A stretch of DNA of 64,000 nt from assembly GCA_963674965.2 (NCBI GenBank), contig CAXXFL010000006.1:960001-1024000 (forward strand), written 5' to 3'. Both the position numbers and the translations under genes were made by a program. A model generated the notes under the pieces. That model searched no databases. It had not been told where the DNA came from and worked only from the letters and a program-made list of their open reading frames with translations. Shown here piece after piece: positions 18,867-27,483 of this stretch. Positions within the stretch are counted from its first letter, which is position 1; every line of letters begins with the position of its first letter. This DNA comes from a bacterium (GTDB taxonomy: Bacteria; RBG-13-61-14; DATKZS01).

Positions 18867-19451
18867 TCAGAGATAATTTTTCAGGCCGGCCTCGTCGAAG
18901 ATTTCCCTAACCTTCCGGATAGCCTCGTAAATCGTGCTTCGGGGCATGCCCAACTCGGAAGAGATATCGGATACCGTCTGAGTCTTAAGCCGCTCGCACA
19001 GGTCACGAAAATTCTCCGGCAGTCGTTCCAGCGTTCTCTCGACGTCCATGACCATCTCGCGATGGTCCTCGGGAGATCGGTCCGCCAGGCCAACGCTCAG
19101 TAGGTACTCTTCCTCGCTGACGCGCTCTCGCCATTGGGTCGGCCTTTCGCAATCTGGATCATTCGAGTCCAATGAAAAGGCGCGCATTCGCCAATCTCGT
19201 TTCCCGGCCTTACTCGCCGCGATGATAGAGGCGACCCGGCGGTTTACGATTCGACTGATAAAGGTGTTTCGCTTAGCGACGGCGGCGTCGTATTTGGGCA
19301 GGCGCATGAGCAGGCAGAGAGCCAGGTCCTGCTCGACGTCTTCCCGGTCCGCCCTTCGGAACCCTGGCTGATTTATCAGTTGCCAGGACTTGACCTGAAT
19401 TAAATTCACCGCGTACTCCTCGATTCCGGGGTATTTATTCCTTGTTCCCAT
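18867..19451 (-). CDS. Phage-encoded sigma-70 family (ECF-like) sigma factor
   Basis: Region 2 (DREDVEQDL...YD...TFISRIV) and region 4 HTH (LERLPENFR...TVSDISSELGMPRSTIYEAIRK). Confidence 0.85.
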   Translation of the reverse strand: MGTRNKYPGIEEYAVNLIQVKSWQLINQPGFRRADREDVEQDLALCLLMRLPKYDAAVAKRNTFISRIVNRRVASIIAASKAGKRDWRMRAFSLDSNDPDCERPTQWRERVSEEEYLLSVGLADRSPEDHREMVMDVERTLERLPENFRDLCERLKTQTVSDISSELGMPRSTIYEAIRKVREIFDEAGLKNYL

Positions 19452-19600
19452 CTGGTCCTCCTCGCGGCCGAGGAGGAAGCCATGTGGGTGTCATCCATTG
19501 CCGGGCCGCCGTCTTAGAACGGATCGTCGCGAGTTCGCCGGTTTGGCGACACCCACAACGACCTCCGCTCAACGGCCAGTCGGTTGTCTGGTGGTTAATG
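19452..19600 (-). ncRNA. Candidate structured 5' leader of the sigma gene
   Basis: Perfect 10-bp helix 19483-19492/19548-19557 extended by G-U pairs; competing 9-bp hairpin 19456-19477 covers the SD. Confidence 0.55.
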
Positions 19601-19615
19601 TTCAGGGCTACTGAT

Positions 19616-19948
19616 TCAGCGCCCGACCGAATCCTCTATTTCCATGGAGAAGGGAAGGCCCGCCTGAACCTCCAGTAGGATGATGGTCCCGTCGTGCAGA
19701 TCGAATATGTGGTCTAACAAACGGCTGACCTTTTCCTTGAGCGGGAAGTCTTTTGCACTGTCCTGGCGGCGCGGGCCATTGTCGGCCCCGAGCTTGATCT
19801 TGCGGACCACCCTGGGCGGCGGATCGAAAACCGGCTCCCCCTCCGCGATCACGAGTCCCTCGATGCGCCCGTAATTGATCTCCGACATGAGATCGACCAG
19901 CTTCCGGCTGGAAGCGCCCAGTGAAAATTTCGTTGCCTGGTTTTTCAT
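19616..19948 (-). CDS. Hypothetical protein upstream of the sigma gene
   Basis: 110 aa ORF co-oriented with sigma; SD-like gaagg. Confidence 0.7.
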   Translation of the reverse strand: MKNQATKFSLGASSRKLVDLMSEINYGRIEGLVIAEGEPVFDPPPRVVRKIKLGADNGPRRQDSAKDFPLKEKVSRLLDHIFDLHDGTIILLEVQAGLPFSMEIEDSVGR

Positions 19949-19971
19949 TCCTTCAACCCTCCATTTACTTT

Positions 19972-20165
19972 GTGAAATCTCCGGGGCGAATCCCGGCGCT
20001 CGGATTTTTCCGAGCCTTTGCCCCTTATTGGGGAAATTTCACCGGGAGGGTTGAAAAAGTGACGCCGGGACGGGCTAAAACGACGCAACCCCCTGGATTA
20101 CAGGGGGTTTACGTGAAGGAAAAAATTTTAAATTTTCATTAAGGCCCCGGTGAAATTTCACCGGG
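19972..20165. promoter_or_regulatory. Cluster of palindromic operator-like sites
   Basis: Perfect 20-bp palindrome CCCGGTGAAATTTCACCGGG at 20146-20165; degenerate copies at 20030-20046 and 19972-19986; hairpins at 19998-20015 and 20087-20109. Confidence 0.6.
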
Positions 20166-20182
20166 AATGGCGGGTATTACTT

Positions 20183-21238
20183 TTATTCCGGTTCGATGGT
20201 AAAGCGAGCGCGCCATCCCTTGGCATTCTCGTCATAAATGAAGGGATCGCCCTTGATCCGGAAAAAATCGTATAAGTTAGAGGCCAGGCTGCTCTTGCGT
20301 CTTTTTAAATTCGGGTCGGCCTTGGGACTTCGCCAGGTAATCACGCCTCGCTCCTCGGCGAAGTCCTGAAGTAGCTTCCACTGCACGGTGGGTTCGCCGT
20401 TCTTGGCGCTGGCCATGCCCATCTGGGTATAGTTGAATATTCCTCTTTCCGACTTGACCCTGACCGCGACCTTGTGCCCGTCAACGAACCTGACGCTCAC
20501 GTTCTCCCAGCTCGAGCCGGGCGGGGTCGAGAAAAACGTCATGGAGGATTGGTCGTCGAAAGCCGGAACGTGGAGGTCTTTGAATTTTGATAAAAGGGTC
20601 TCCAGCGGAGGATGGGCGATGAGCATGCCGCCTTCAATATTAATGAAGTTCTCAAGCGCGAGCAGGCAACAACCTCGTCGATTCACCATGTCCATTACCG
20701 TGGGATTGACTAAATCTCGCGTGGGGACCAAAACGATTATGGGAGAATCGAGCGTCGCGATCAGGGTCGCCATGGCCATCTGAAGCTCGTACGGATCGAA
20801 CTGTATGCAAAGAAACACGGGAAACTCGTACCCCGCCAAGGGGGAATAAGTCCCCAGTCGGAAGGTCATGTACGAATCCCTCAGCTTCTCGAACTCCGGC
20901 TCAATGCCCAGCGCCGAGGCCAGGGCCGTTCCCAAAAGTGACTGGTTGACCTCGAATATCACCCTGTCCGATTTTGCGACCGGAAAGGTATCGCAGCGCT
21001 GAGGCTCGCATTGGCAAACGGCCACCGCGTGATCCGGCGAATGCTCGACCACGTAATGCGCGCATCCGCAATCATGCTCGGCGGGGCAGGGAACCGATTG
21101 GGCCAGGGCCCCGCTGGGCCGGAGGAACCCGGCCATGGGTTCGTATTCCGGCCCAAGGAGCTTCTCCCAGGCGCGGGTTACCTCCGCGAGACCGATGACG
21201 GACTCAAGAGACCGCCACCAGCGCTTTAGCGTCGTCAT
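20183..21238 (-). CDS. Hypothetical protein with Cys-rich N-terminus and possible C-terminal winged helix
   Basis: CPAEHDCGC...CQCEPQRC; C-terminal QWKLLQDFA...KRRKSSLASNL...GWRARF resembles a wHTH. Confidence 0.65.
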   Translation of the reverse strand: MTTLKRWWRSLESVIGLAEVTRAWEKLLGPEYEPMAGFLRPSGALAQSVPCPAEHDCGCAHYVVEHSPDHAVAVCQCEPQRCDTFPVAKSDRVIFEVNQSLLGTALASALGIEPEFEKLRDSYMTFRLGTYSPLAGYEFPVFLCIQFDPYELQMAMATLIATLDSPIIVLVPTRDLVNPTVMDMVNRRGCCLLALENFINIEGGMLIAHPPLETLLSKFKDLHVPAFDDQSSMTFFSTPPGSSWENVSVRFVDGHKVAVRVKSERGIFNYTQMGMASAKNGEPTVQWKLLQDFAEERGVITWRSPKADPNLKRRKSSLASNLYDFFRIKGDPFIYDENAKGWRARFTIEPE

Positions 21239-22388
21239 GCGCGCCCTCCGCGACGATGAATCCTCTTTTCTTGAGCCAATCCTCGACGATCGCGCCGTCG
21301 TCGTCCCTGGTGTATTGAGCCACGTTGGAGGGACGGATGGTTACTATGCGGGGAGGGCCGCCGTCGGTGAATTTAACCTGGAAGGTGGCGCGAGCCACGC
21401 GGGCCCGGGGAGGGATGACCCGGCGGCTCATGGCCAGGGCCGCGAAAAGGTCGTCGGCCTTCCTGATCTCGACCTCGCGCATCGGGCCGCCCCAGTAATA
21501 ATGGATTTCCCTGAGCTTCACCCACTCCATGCCGGCGACGTCCGTGCAAGCCGTCGAGGCCTCGCCGTCCACGAGGAGAGGAAGCAGCGAGTATTTGGCC
21601 TCCCCCGGGAAAAACGACTCGTCCCCAAAAAGGTGAAGACCGAACTTGACGCGATACATGCGCCTCTCGGCCTTGGTCCCCGCGTTGATCCTGACCTCCC
21701 CCAGGGCCGGATTGTAAATCAACAGGTCGTGCTTCTCCGGCCGAAAAAAAACCGACGACGACGAGCCATCCTCAACGCAGCCCTCGCGCCGGAAAGGATC
21801 GCCGTGACGAACGAAGAACCAGACCTCATCGGCGTGACAATGAACGATCACCTTGCAGCACCGGCCCCTGCCGCTCTGCTCGAACCAGTTGTCCAGGTCG
21901 CGCTCCAGATTGTCAAGGACCTCCCTGGAAGGCTCCTCGAACTCCGGGACCGGCGTCCGGTCGGTCTGATAGTATTCAAAGGAGCGCCGGCGAAGGCCGA
22001 GCCTCTCAGCGTGCCTGGTCTCGAGCGCCTCCGGGCATTTGAGCCACGCCTGGACCGCGACGTCGGCGGGCGTCGCGCCATGGCCGTCAATGGCTATGCC
22101 CCGGCTCTCCATCTCCGCCAGCAGATCGTTCATGATCTCGGGAGTCGAAGTCTCGTGCACCATGTAAAGAGCGTTGGCCAGGTCCCTTGGCGTGTCCGGA
22201 CCCGGACTCATGAACACGCCGGCCAGTCCCTCGTAATCGATCCCGCCGTCCGAGCAAGCGGGCGGCAGCGCGACTCCCCGCATGGCCAGGTAATCCTCGT
22301 GTGGACCGAGCAGGGCCAGAAGGCGCTCGCCGCTAATCGTCTTTAAAGCGTCCGGATTCGAAAACCTCCGAAGATTGAATATCGCCAT
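21204..22388 (-). CDS. Hypothetical protein, overlapping the next gene
   Basis: About 394 aa ORF downstream of the lexA-like gene; no motif recognised. Confidence 0.7.
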   Translation of the reverse strand: MAIFNLRRFSNPDALKTISGERLLALLGPHEDYLAMRGVALPPACSDGGIDYEGLAGVFMSPGPDTPRDLANALYMVHETSTPEIMNDLLAEMESRGIAIDGHGATPADVAVQAWLKCPEALETRHAERLGLRRRSFEYYQTDRTPVPEFEEPSREVLDNLERDLDNWFEQSGRGRCCKVIVHCHADEVWFFVRHGDPFRREGCVEDGSSSSVFFRPEKHDLLIYNPALGEVRINAGTKAERRMYRVKFGLHLFGDESFFPGEAKYSLLPLLVDGEASTACTDVAGMEWVKLREIHYYWGGPMREVEIRKADDLFAALAMSRRVIPPRARVARATFQVKFTDGGPPRIVTIRPSNVAQYTRDDDGAIVEDWLKKRGFIVAEGAHDDAKALVAVS

Positions 22389-22517
22389 TTCCCACACCCC
22401 CTTCTGAAATTGGAAAAAGTCCTCCCTTATGGGCGCGACCGACGACCCATGGGAGATTCTCGATCAGGAGTGGATTAAACTCGTCGGCGCCCCCTGGCGG
22501 AGGGGAATTGACGACTG

Positions 22518-23168
22518 TCAATCCTTGGCTTGCCTGATCGCCACTACTTTGCCGAGAATGCGCAGATCGTCATCTGGGCCGATGGGAATCGGTTGGTACT
22601 TGGGATTCTCCGGACGGAGTTCAATGCGAGCGTCACGAACGTAGAGCCTTTTCACGGTCGCTTCATCATCAAGAAGAGCCACGACTATATCCCCGCTCTC
22701 AGCCACCGGCTGTTGGCGGACGATGACGAGATCGCCTTCATTGATACCGGCGTCGGTCATGCTGTCCCCGGAAACGGAAAGCGCGAAACAGCGGCCCGAC
22801 CGCGCGGCCTTGTCGTCAATTAAAATTTCACCCGTGACGTTTTCCACGGCCAGGATCGGTACTCCCGCCGCGACCTTGCCCACTATGGGAACCGAGACAA
22901 GCTCGGTAAGCCGGCTGTCGGGCTCGCGCAAAACGGTCAAACCGCGCGCCTTGCCCGGCTCGCGCTTTAAATAGCCCTTCCTGATCAGTTGGTTGATCTG
23001 GGCGTGCGCGCTCATCTGAGAGATGCCGAGAATCTCCGAGAGTTCCTTGATCGAGGGAGGAAAGCCCTTGCGAACGATGAAATCGCCTATCTCCGAAAGC
23101 GTGTTCCGCTGCGGCTCCGTGATTTCATCCGTCGGGCGTCTGCCCCGGGGTTTTGGCTTTTTTTTCAT
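22518..23168 (-). CDS. lexA: LexA-type repressor (prophage-encoded)
   Basis: wHTH (GFPPSIKELSEILG), VAAG cleavage site, GDSM catalytic Ser, TVKRL catalytic Lys. Confidence 0.9.
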   Translation of the reverse strand: MKKKPKPRGRRPTDEITEPQRNTLSEIGDFIVRKGFPPSIKELSEILGISQMSAHAQINQLIRKGYLKREPGKARGLTVLREPDSRLTELVSVPIVGKVAAGVPILAVENVTGEILIDDKAARSGRCFALSVSGDSMTDAGINEGDLVIVRQQPVAESGDIVVALLDDEATVKRLYVRDARIELRPENPKYQPIPIGPDDDLRILGKVVAIRQAKD

Positions 23169-23238
23169 CAGAATCGTTCTTCGCGATTTAATTAGGAGGC
23201 GGTTGTTCCTCCAACCGTCTCCAGCCAAGAGTGGCCAT

Positions 23239-23266
23239 ATAATAGCACTTATGTACATAAGGTCAA
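23239..23266 (-). promoter_or_regulatory. Sigma70 promoter of the lexA operon with a palindromic operator in the spacer
   Basis: TTGACC-N16-TATTAT with an extended -10 TG; perfect palindrome CTTATGTACATAAG at 23248-23261. Confidence 0.65.
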
Positions 23267-23426
23267 TAGTAAAATTTGATCAATTTTAAAAGTCATTTAA
23301 TATCAACGCGATAGAATGATCGTTTTGCATCATTCTCTATTCGAGTGAAAGATTTTGGCGATAAGTTCGACCTTTCATCCGTATGAATATGGTCAAGTTA
23401 GGTTCATACCGGAAAACGCATCCGTG

Positions 23427-23960
23427 CTACCGGCGTGACAGGCGCTCTATCTTCATCGCTTCCCACTCTTCTCTTTGCCGGTTCCAATGGGGGATCGCGG
23501 TGATCGGCCGCAGGTTCTGCTCGCGGATCGGATCACGGCCTCTGACCGTTCGGGGCAGGAAGAGGATTTCCTCCTGGATGTCGGGGGCGAGGTTGGTGAG
23601 GTTCATGATCTGGGTGACGCGGGCCCGGGTGACGTAGCCAAGGCGGGCGAGATCGGCGTAGTCGCGGACCTCGCCGCGGGCGAGCATGCCTTCGAACTTG
23701 ATGGCCAGGGCCATGAGGCGGGTGACGCGGGGGATGTTACCGGAAGCGACGTCGTGACTTGAGGCGGATTCGGGAGCGGGAGCGTCGGCGCCGGAACTGG
23801 CCCGAGCATTGCGGGGAGTAAACGTGAACTCAACGTCGACCTTGTCCACTCCATCTCCCGCCGATTTATGATTGCCAATTTTCATTTCCTTGATTAACCT
23901 CCCGTCAATCTCTTTTTTTTCATTTTCCCACTCCGCCTCTGGCGAGTTCCTTGATCCCAA
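23427..23960 (-). CDS. Recombinase-associated HTH protein
   Basis: PRVTRLMALA...YADLARLGYVTRARVTQIMNLTNLAPDIQEEIL; start uncertain (23885 possible). Confidence 0.7.
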   Translation of the reverse strand: MGSRNSPEAEWENEKKEIDGRLIKEMKIGNHKSAGDGVDKVDVEFTFTPRNARASSGADAPAPESASSHDVASGNIPRVTRLMALAIKFEGMLARGEVRDYADLARLGYVTRARVTQIMNLTNLAPDIQEEILFLPRTVRGRDPIREQNLRPITAIPHWNRQREEWEAMKIERLSRR

Positions 23961-25545
23961 GGGACCTGAAGCTGATGGTCACCTTGCCGGTGGAGCCGTC
24001 GTAGCCAACCTTGTCGAGCAGGAGATGAAGTATCCTGGACTGCTCGCTTGAGTTCAGGGACTCCCAGACCGGGTCAAAGACGGCCAGGGCCCTGACCAGG
24101 TCGCCGGAATCGAGGGTATCGCGCTCGACGGCGATAAGTTCCTCGCGCAGTTGGGTCATCCTTTGCTCGGCGCTCCTGATTATGTCCTGAAGATCGGCGA
24201 GCCTGGCGGTGTCCAGCGATTGATTGTCCCGGCCCAGGTTCATGTCGCTCACCAGATTTTTAAGTTTGGAATGCATCCGCTTGAGCTCCTTCTCCCCAGC
24301 GAGACGCTCGCGGTCAAGCTCTTGCCGCCGCTTCTCGCTCAGTTCACGGAATTGCCTCACGGTCTCAGCGACCAGCCTCTCGTCCGTGCCCAGCCCCCTG
24401 ATATGTTCGACTACGGCCCTTTCGATTTCATGGGCGTTAAGCGACTTGGAGGGACACGAGTCCCAGCCGCGCTGTTGCGCGTTCATGCAGACGTAGTAGC
24501 GGTAACGACGGTGGCCTCCCTTCTTTATCGTGTACGTGTGCATCATGGGTTTGCCGCAGGGCACGCAGTGGATAAGGCCCTTGAGGAGAGCGCCGTGCTT
24601 GTTTCGCAAGCCGGCGTTTTTACCCTGGCCGTTCTTTTTCAAAAGCTCTTGCGCCTCGCGCCAAATCTCCGGAGCGACGATAGCTTCATGCTCGCCGTCG
24701 TAAACCGTCCCCTGGAAATAAATTTTGCCGGTGTAGACGATATTGGTGAGCAGGCTGTAGAGATAATGCTTGGCAAAGGGCTTACCGCCGCGCGCCTTGC
24801 CCTTTTTGGTAATCCACCGCTTGGTCTTCCAACCCCGCTCGTTAAGCTCATTGACCACGGGGATAAGGCCTCGACGCTCCAGATATAAATCGAAAATCTC
24901 GCGCACCCGCGCGGCCTCTCGTTTGTTCACGACGATGCGGCCGCCTTTCTCGTCCAGGTCATAGCCCAGTATCAGCATGCCGCCGATCCACTTGCCCTTT
25001 TTACGGGCGGCCGACATCTTGTCCCGCGTTCGCTCGGAGATGATCTCGCGCTCGAACTGGGCGAAGGAGAGGAGCATGTTGAGGGTGAGGCGCCCCATGG
25101 AGTCGGTGGTCGAGAACTTCTGGGTGACCGAGACGAAGGAGACGTCGTGCTCTTCAAATATCTCCATGAGGCGGCTGAAGTCTATAAGCGATCGAGAGAG
25201 CCGGTCCACCTTGTAGACGACCACCACGTCAATCTTGCCGGCCTCGACGTCGGCCATCAAACGCTTGAGAGCGGGCCGATCCATGTTGCCGCCGGAGAAG
25301 CCGCCGTCGTCGTAAAGGTCAGGCAAGCACGCCCAGCCTTCGTGCTTCATGCTGGAGACGTAGTCTTCAGCCGATTCCCTCTGGGCGTCCAGACTGTTGA
25401 AGTCCAGGTCGAGACCCTCCTCCGTGGACTTGCGCGTGTAGATGGCGCATCGCGCCTTGCCGTTGTTTTTGGGCACGTCGCTGTCAAAAGCTCCCGTCTT
25501 TCTCGGCCGCCTCCGCGTGTTAATGTTCAAATCCCCTCCTTTCAT
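23920..25545 (-). CDS. Large serine recombinase (resolvase + recombinase + Zn ribbon + coiled coil)
   Basis: AIYTRKST catalytic Ser, KVDRLSRS, FAQFERE; CVPCG...YYVC...C zinc ribbon. Confidence 0.92.
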   Translation of the reverse strand: MKGGDLNINTRRRPRKTGAFDSDVPKNNGKARCAIYTRKSTEEGLDLDFNSLDAQRESAEDYVSSMKHEGWACLPDLYDDGGFSGGNMDRPALKRLMADVEAGKIDVVVVYKVDRLSRSLIDFSRLMEIFEEHDVSFVSVTQKFSTTDSMGRLTLNMLLSFAQFEREIISERTRDKMSAARKKGKWIGGMLILGYDLDEKGGRIVVNKREAARVREIFDLYLERRGLIPVVNELNERGWKTKRWITKKGKARGGKPFAKHYLYSLLTNIVYTGKIYFQGTVYDGEHEAIVAPEIWREAQELLKKNGQGKNAGLRNKHGALLKGLIHCVPCGKPMMHTYTIKKGGHRRYRYYVCMNAQQRGWDSCPSKSLNAHEIERAVVEHIRGLGTDERLVAETVRQFRELSEKRRQELDRERLAGEKELKRMHSKLKNLVSDMNLGRDNQSLDTARLADLQDIIRSAEQRMTQLREELIAVERDTLDSGDLVRALAVFDPVWESLNSSEQSRILHLLLDKVGYDGSTGKVTISFRSLGIKELARGGVGK

Positions 25546-26072
25546 GCCTGATTATTATTCTCATCAGCCTTGTTGATTTTCTTCTTGCCTCCAAGCCCGA
25601 AGAAGGTGTAGCCGTTCCAATTGACCCCCGTAATCTCACGGGCGACACCGGAGAGCGACTTGTAACGCCGGTCCTCATACTCGAACCCCTGGTCGAGCAC
25701 CTTTATCGTATGGGTCTTGCCCCGAAACTCGCGGACAAGGTAGGAGCCGGGCAGGGGAATTAGATGCTGAATGGAGTCGTCAACTTTGGCGATTACGGCG
25801 GGGGTAGATTGTCCATCGACTCCAGCTCTAGAAGTCTTGGGGGCCCTCACGCGGAGATCGGCGTCGTTGGCGATCTCCAGCGCTCTTCGCCTAGCGCGCT
25901 CCGAGAGTCCTCCCTCGGCCAGGGACTGGATGCGCCAGGCGATCTTCTTGCACAGATAGTCCTTGTGGCCGGAACGCGCCCGCTCGCCGAAAACCTCATA
26001 GTACTTCACCTTCAGCTGGGCAACGTTCATCTTCCGTAGCTTCTGGATTTCCAGATAGCTTTCCACGCTCAT
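25542..26072 (-). CDS. DUF2924 family protein
   Basis: IAWRIQ...GGLS; PGSYLVREFRG; YKSLSGVAREITG..WNGYTFFGL; overlaps the recombinase by 4 bp. Confidence 0.85.
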   Translation of the reverse strand: MSVESYLEIQKLRKMNVAQLKVKYYEVFGERARSGHKDYLCKKIAWRIQSLAEGGLSERARRRALEIANDADLRVRAPKTSRAGVDGQSTPAVIAKVDDSIQHLIPLPGSYLVREFRGKTHTIKVLDQGFEYEDRRYKSLSGVAREITGVNWNGYTFFGLGGKKKINKADENNNQA

Positions 26073-26102
26073 TCCAAACCTCCTCTTATATTCTCAAGTC
26101 CG

Positions 26103-26330
26103 TTAACTCGGTTCGGAATGATTGCTTCGGTTACGGGGACAGTCAAGGCGATTCTCGGTTAACGCGGTGCAATTCTCCGCGTCCCCCACGTCGCCGGAAC
26201 GCTTGCTTCCATCAAGACCCTGGCTCCTCGTTTTCACGAAGCGCGTGTACCCGCGGGCCAGGATGGAAGCGATCTCCACGAGGACTTGCTCGGCGCTCGA
26301 TCGATCGTCGTTGTGGTTGTGGTATTCCAT
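26103..26330 (-). CDS. Small hypothetical protein, first gene of the recombinase module
   Basis: SD ggaggag before the ATG at 26330; EIASILARGYTR helix. Confidence 0.55.
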   Translation of the reverse strand: MEYHNHNDDRSSAEQVLVEIASILARGYTRFVKTRSQGLDGSKRSGDVGDAENCTALTENRLDCPRNRSNHSEPS

Positions 26331-26400
26331 TTTCTCCTCCTCTGCTTTCGTGCCCACAACGGTTTCCGCTTGGCGGCCGCCCCGCTGTCCGGTGGCTTAG

Positions 26401-26436
26401 GGATATATACCCGCGAAATGTTAAAAGTGTCGAAAA
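26401..26436 (-). promoter_or_regulatory. Phage bipartite motif, copy 5 (upstream of the recombinase module)
   Basis: Plus strand ggatatatacc-N15-gtgtcgaaaa. Confidence 0.75.
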
Positions 26437-26682
26437 AAAGTTGCCCCAGGGTTTCGCGAACAACCTCCCTGTTAATTAAGAGGGCTTGTAAACGTGAGAA
26501 TCTGAGAATCAGAAGAGAGATTACCGAATAACGCCAGTAACCCCGGGAAATTTTGCGCGGATAAAGAAAGACTGGACTGAAATGGAGAATCGAAAGAAAG
26601 TGTGAGATGGCCGCAAACTGTCGGAATAATTTATGAAAAGATAAAGCCCTAGCGAGGCATCGAGCCGGGGATTTCCGTAAAT

Positions 26683-26706
26683 AAAAAAGCCGCTAAAGTT
26701 AGCGGC
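26683..26706 (-). terminator. Intrinsic terminator downstream of tRNA-Asn
   Basis: GCCGCTA-loop-TAGCGGC followed by T6 on the minus strand. Confidence 0.65.
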
Positions 26707-26714
26707 GGAAGATC

Positions 26715-26790
26715 TGGCTCCTGGGGAGGGATTCGAACCCCCGACCTAGTGGTTAACAGCCACCCGCTCTGCCGGCTGAGCTACCCAGGA
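26715..26790 (-). tRNA. tRNA-Asn (GTT)
   Basis: TCCTGGGTAGCTCAGCCGGCAGAGCGGGTGGCTGTTAACCACTAGGTCGGGGGTTCGAATCCCTCCCCAGGAGCCA; 76 nt, cloverleaf, encoded CCA. Confidence 0.97.
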
Positions 26791-26835
26791 ACGGTAAGAA
26801 TAGCTTGTTGGTGGACCCCAACAAGCTAGGAGAAT

Positions 26836-26863
26836 ATTATACCTGGTTTTTCCGGGTTGTCAA
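26836..26863 (-). promoter_or_regulatory. Sigma70 promoter of the tRNA
   Basis: Perfect TTGACA-N16-TATAAT. Confidence 0.8.
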
Positions 26864-27483
26864 TTTCAACTTAAATCATCAAATATAAGGCCAAGTGGAA
26901 ATTTCCAGCCCCCCCTCCCCCCCGGATTGCATAGCCGCGCGGAAAAATGAGCTTGATTAAAAGAGATGAATTCGATGGTTGTTGACCGGCCATGAATTGT
27001 TATATTATACTTTTTTATTAGCACCTTACACTTCAGCAGCATGATGACCGCCTCTTTTTACCGTTCATGGAATTAGTCCTATTTTTAGCGGCCAATATCA
27101 TTGGTTAAAAATTATTTTCGCCTTAATTGCTTATTTTATATTCGATTGATAGAGGGTAATGTTTTAAAAAGGCATTTTCTTAGCCATATGTATCCGATTA
27201 AATTGATAATTTTTTCCAATAGCCCAGTTGGCGACCATTCAAGTAACGTTTTACGGCAACAATCCCGATTGACATTACCTTTTTACATTTTACGTATAAA
27301 TGGCTGTAATATAAGCATTTTATCCTAACTATTCAAACCACCGCCTCCAAATTCCGGTAATTTCGTAATGTATCGATATCTTCGGAGCTATTTAACGCCA
27401 TCTGAAATATCGGGTGGCCTTTCAGTTTTTATACCTTTAAATACCGGGCATTGCCTGATAATAAAATAATGCAATTCCTCTAT

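Larger units (their letters stand above)
1..26714 (-). mobile_element. Prophage (partial; left end lies outside the window) adjacent to the 3' end of tRNA-Asn
   Basis: Contiguous, mostly co-oriented recombinase, repressor, sigma, replication, terminase, portal and head genes, ending next to a tRNA. The exact att site is not visible. Confidence 0.9.

Noticed and set aside
22518-23168. Host SOS lexA
   Set aside because: It is embedded between phage modules, so I treat it as element-encoded; a host role cannot be fully excluded.
23401-23432. Possible sixth copy of the phage promoter motif (ggttcataccgg)
   Set aside because: Only the -10-like half matches; no GTGTCG 15 nt away.
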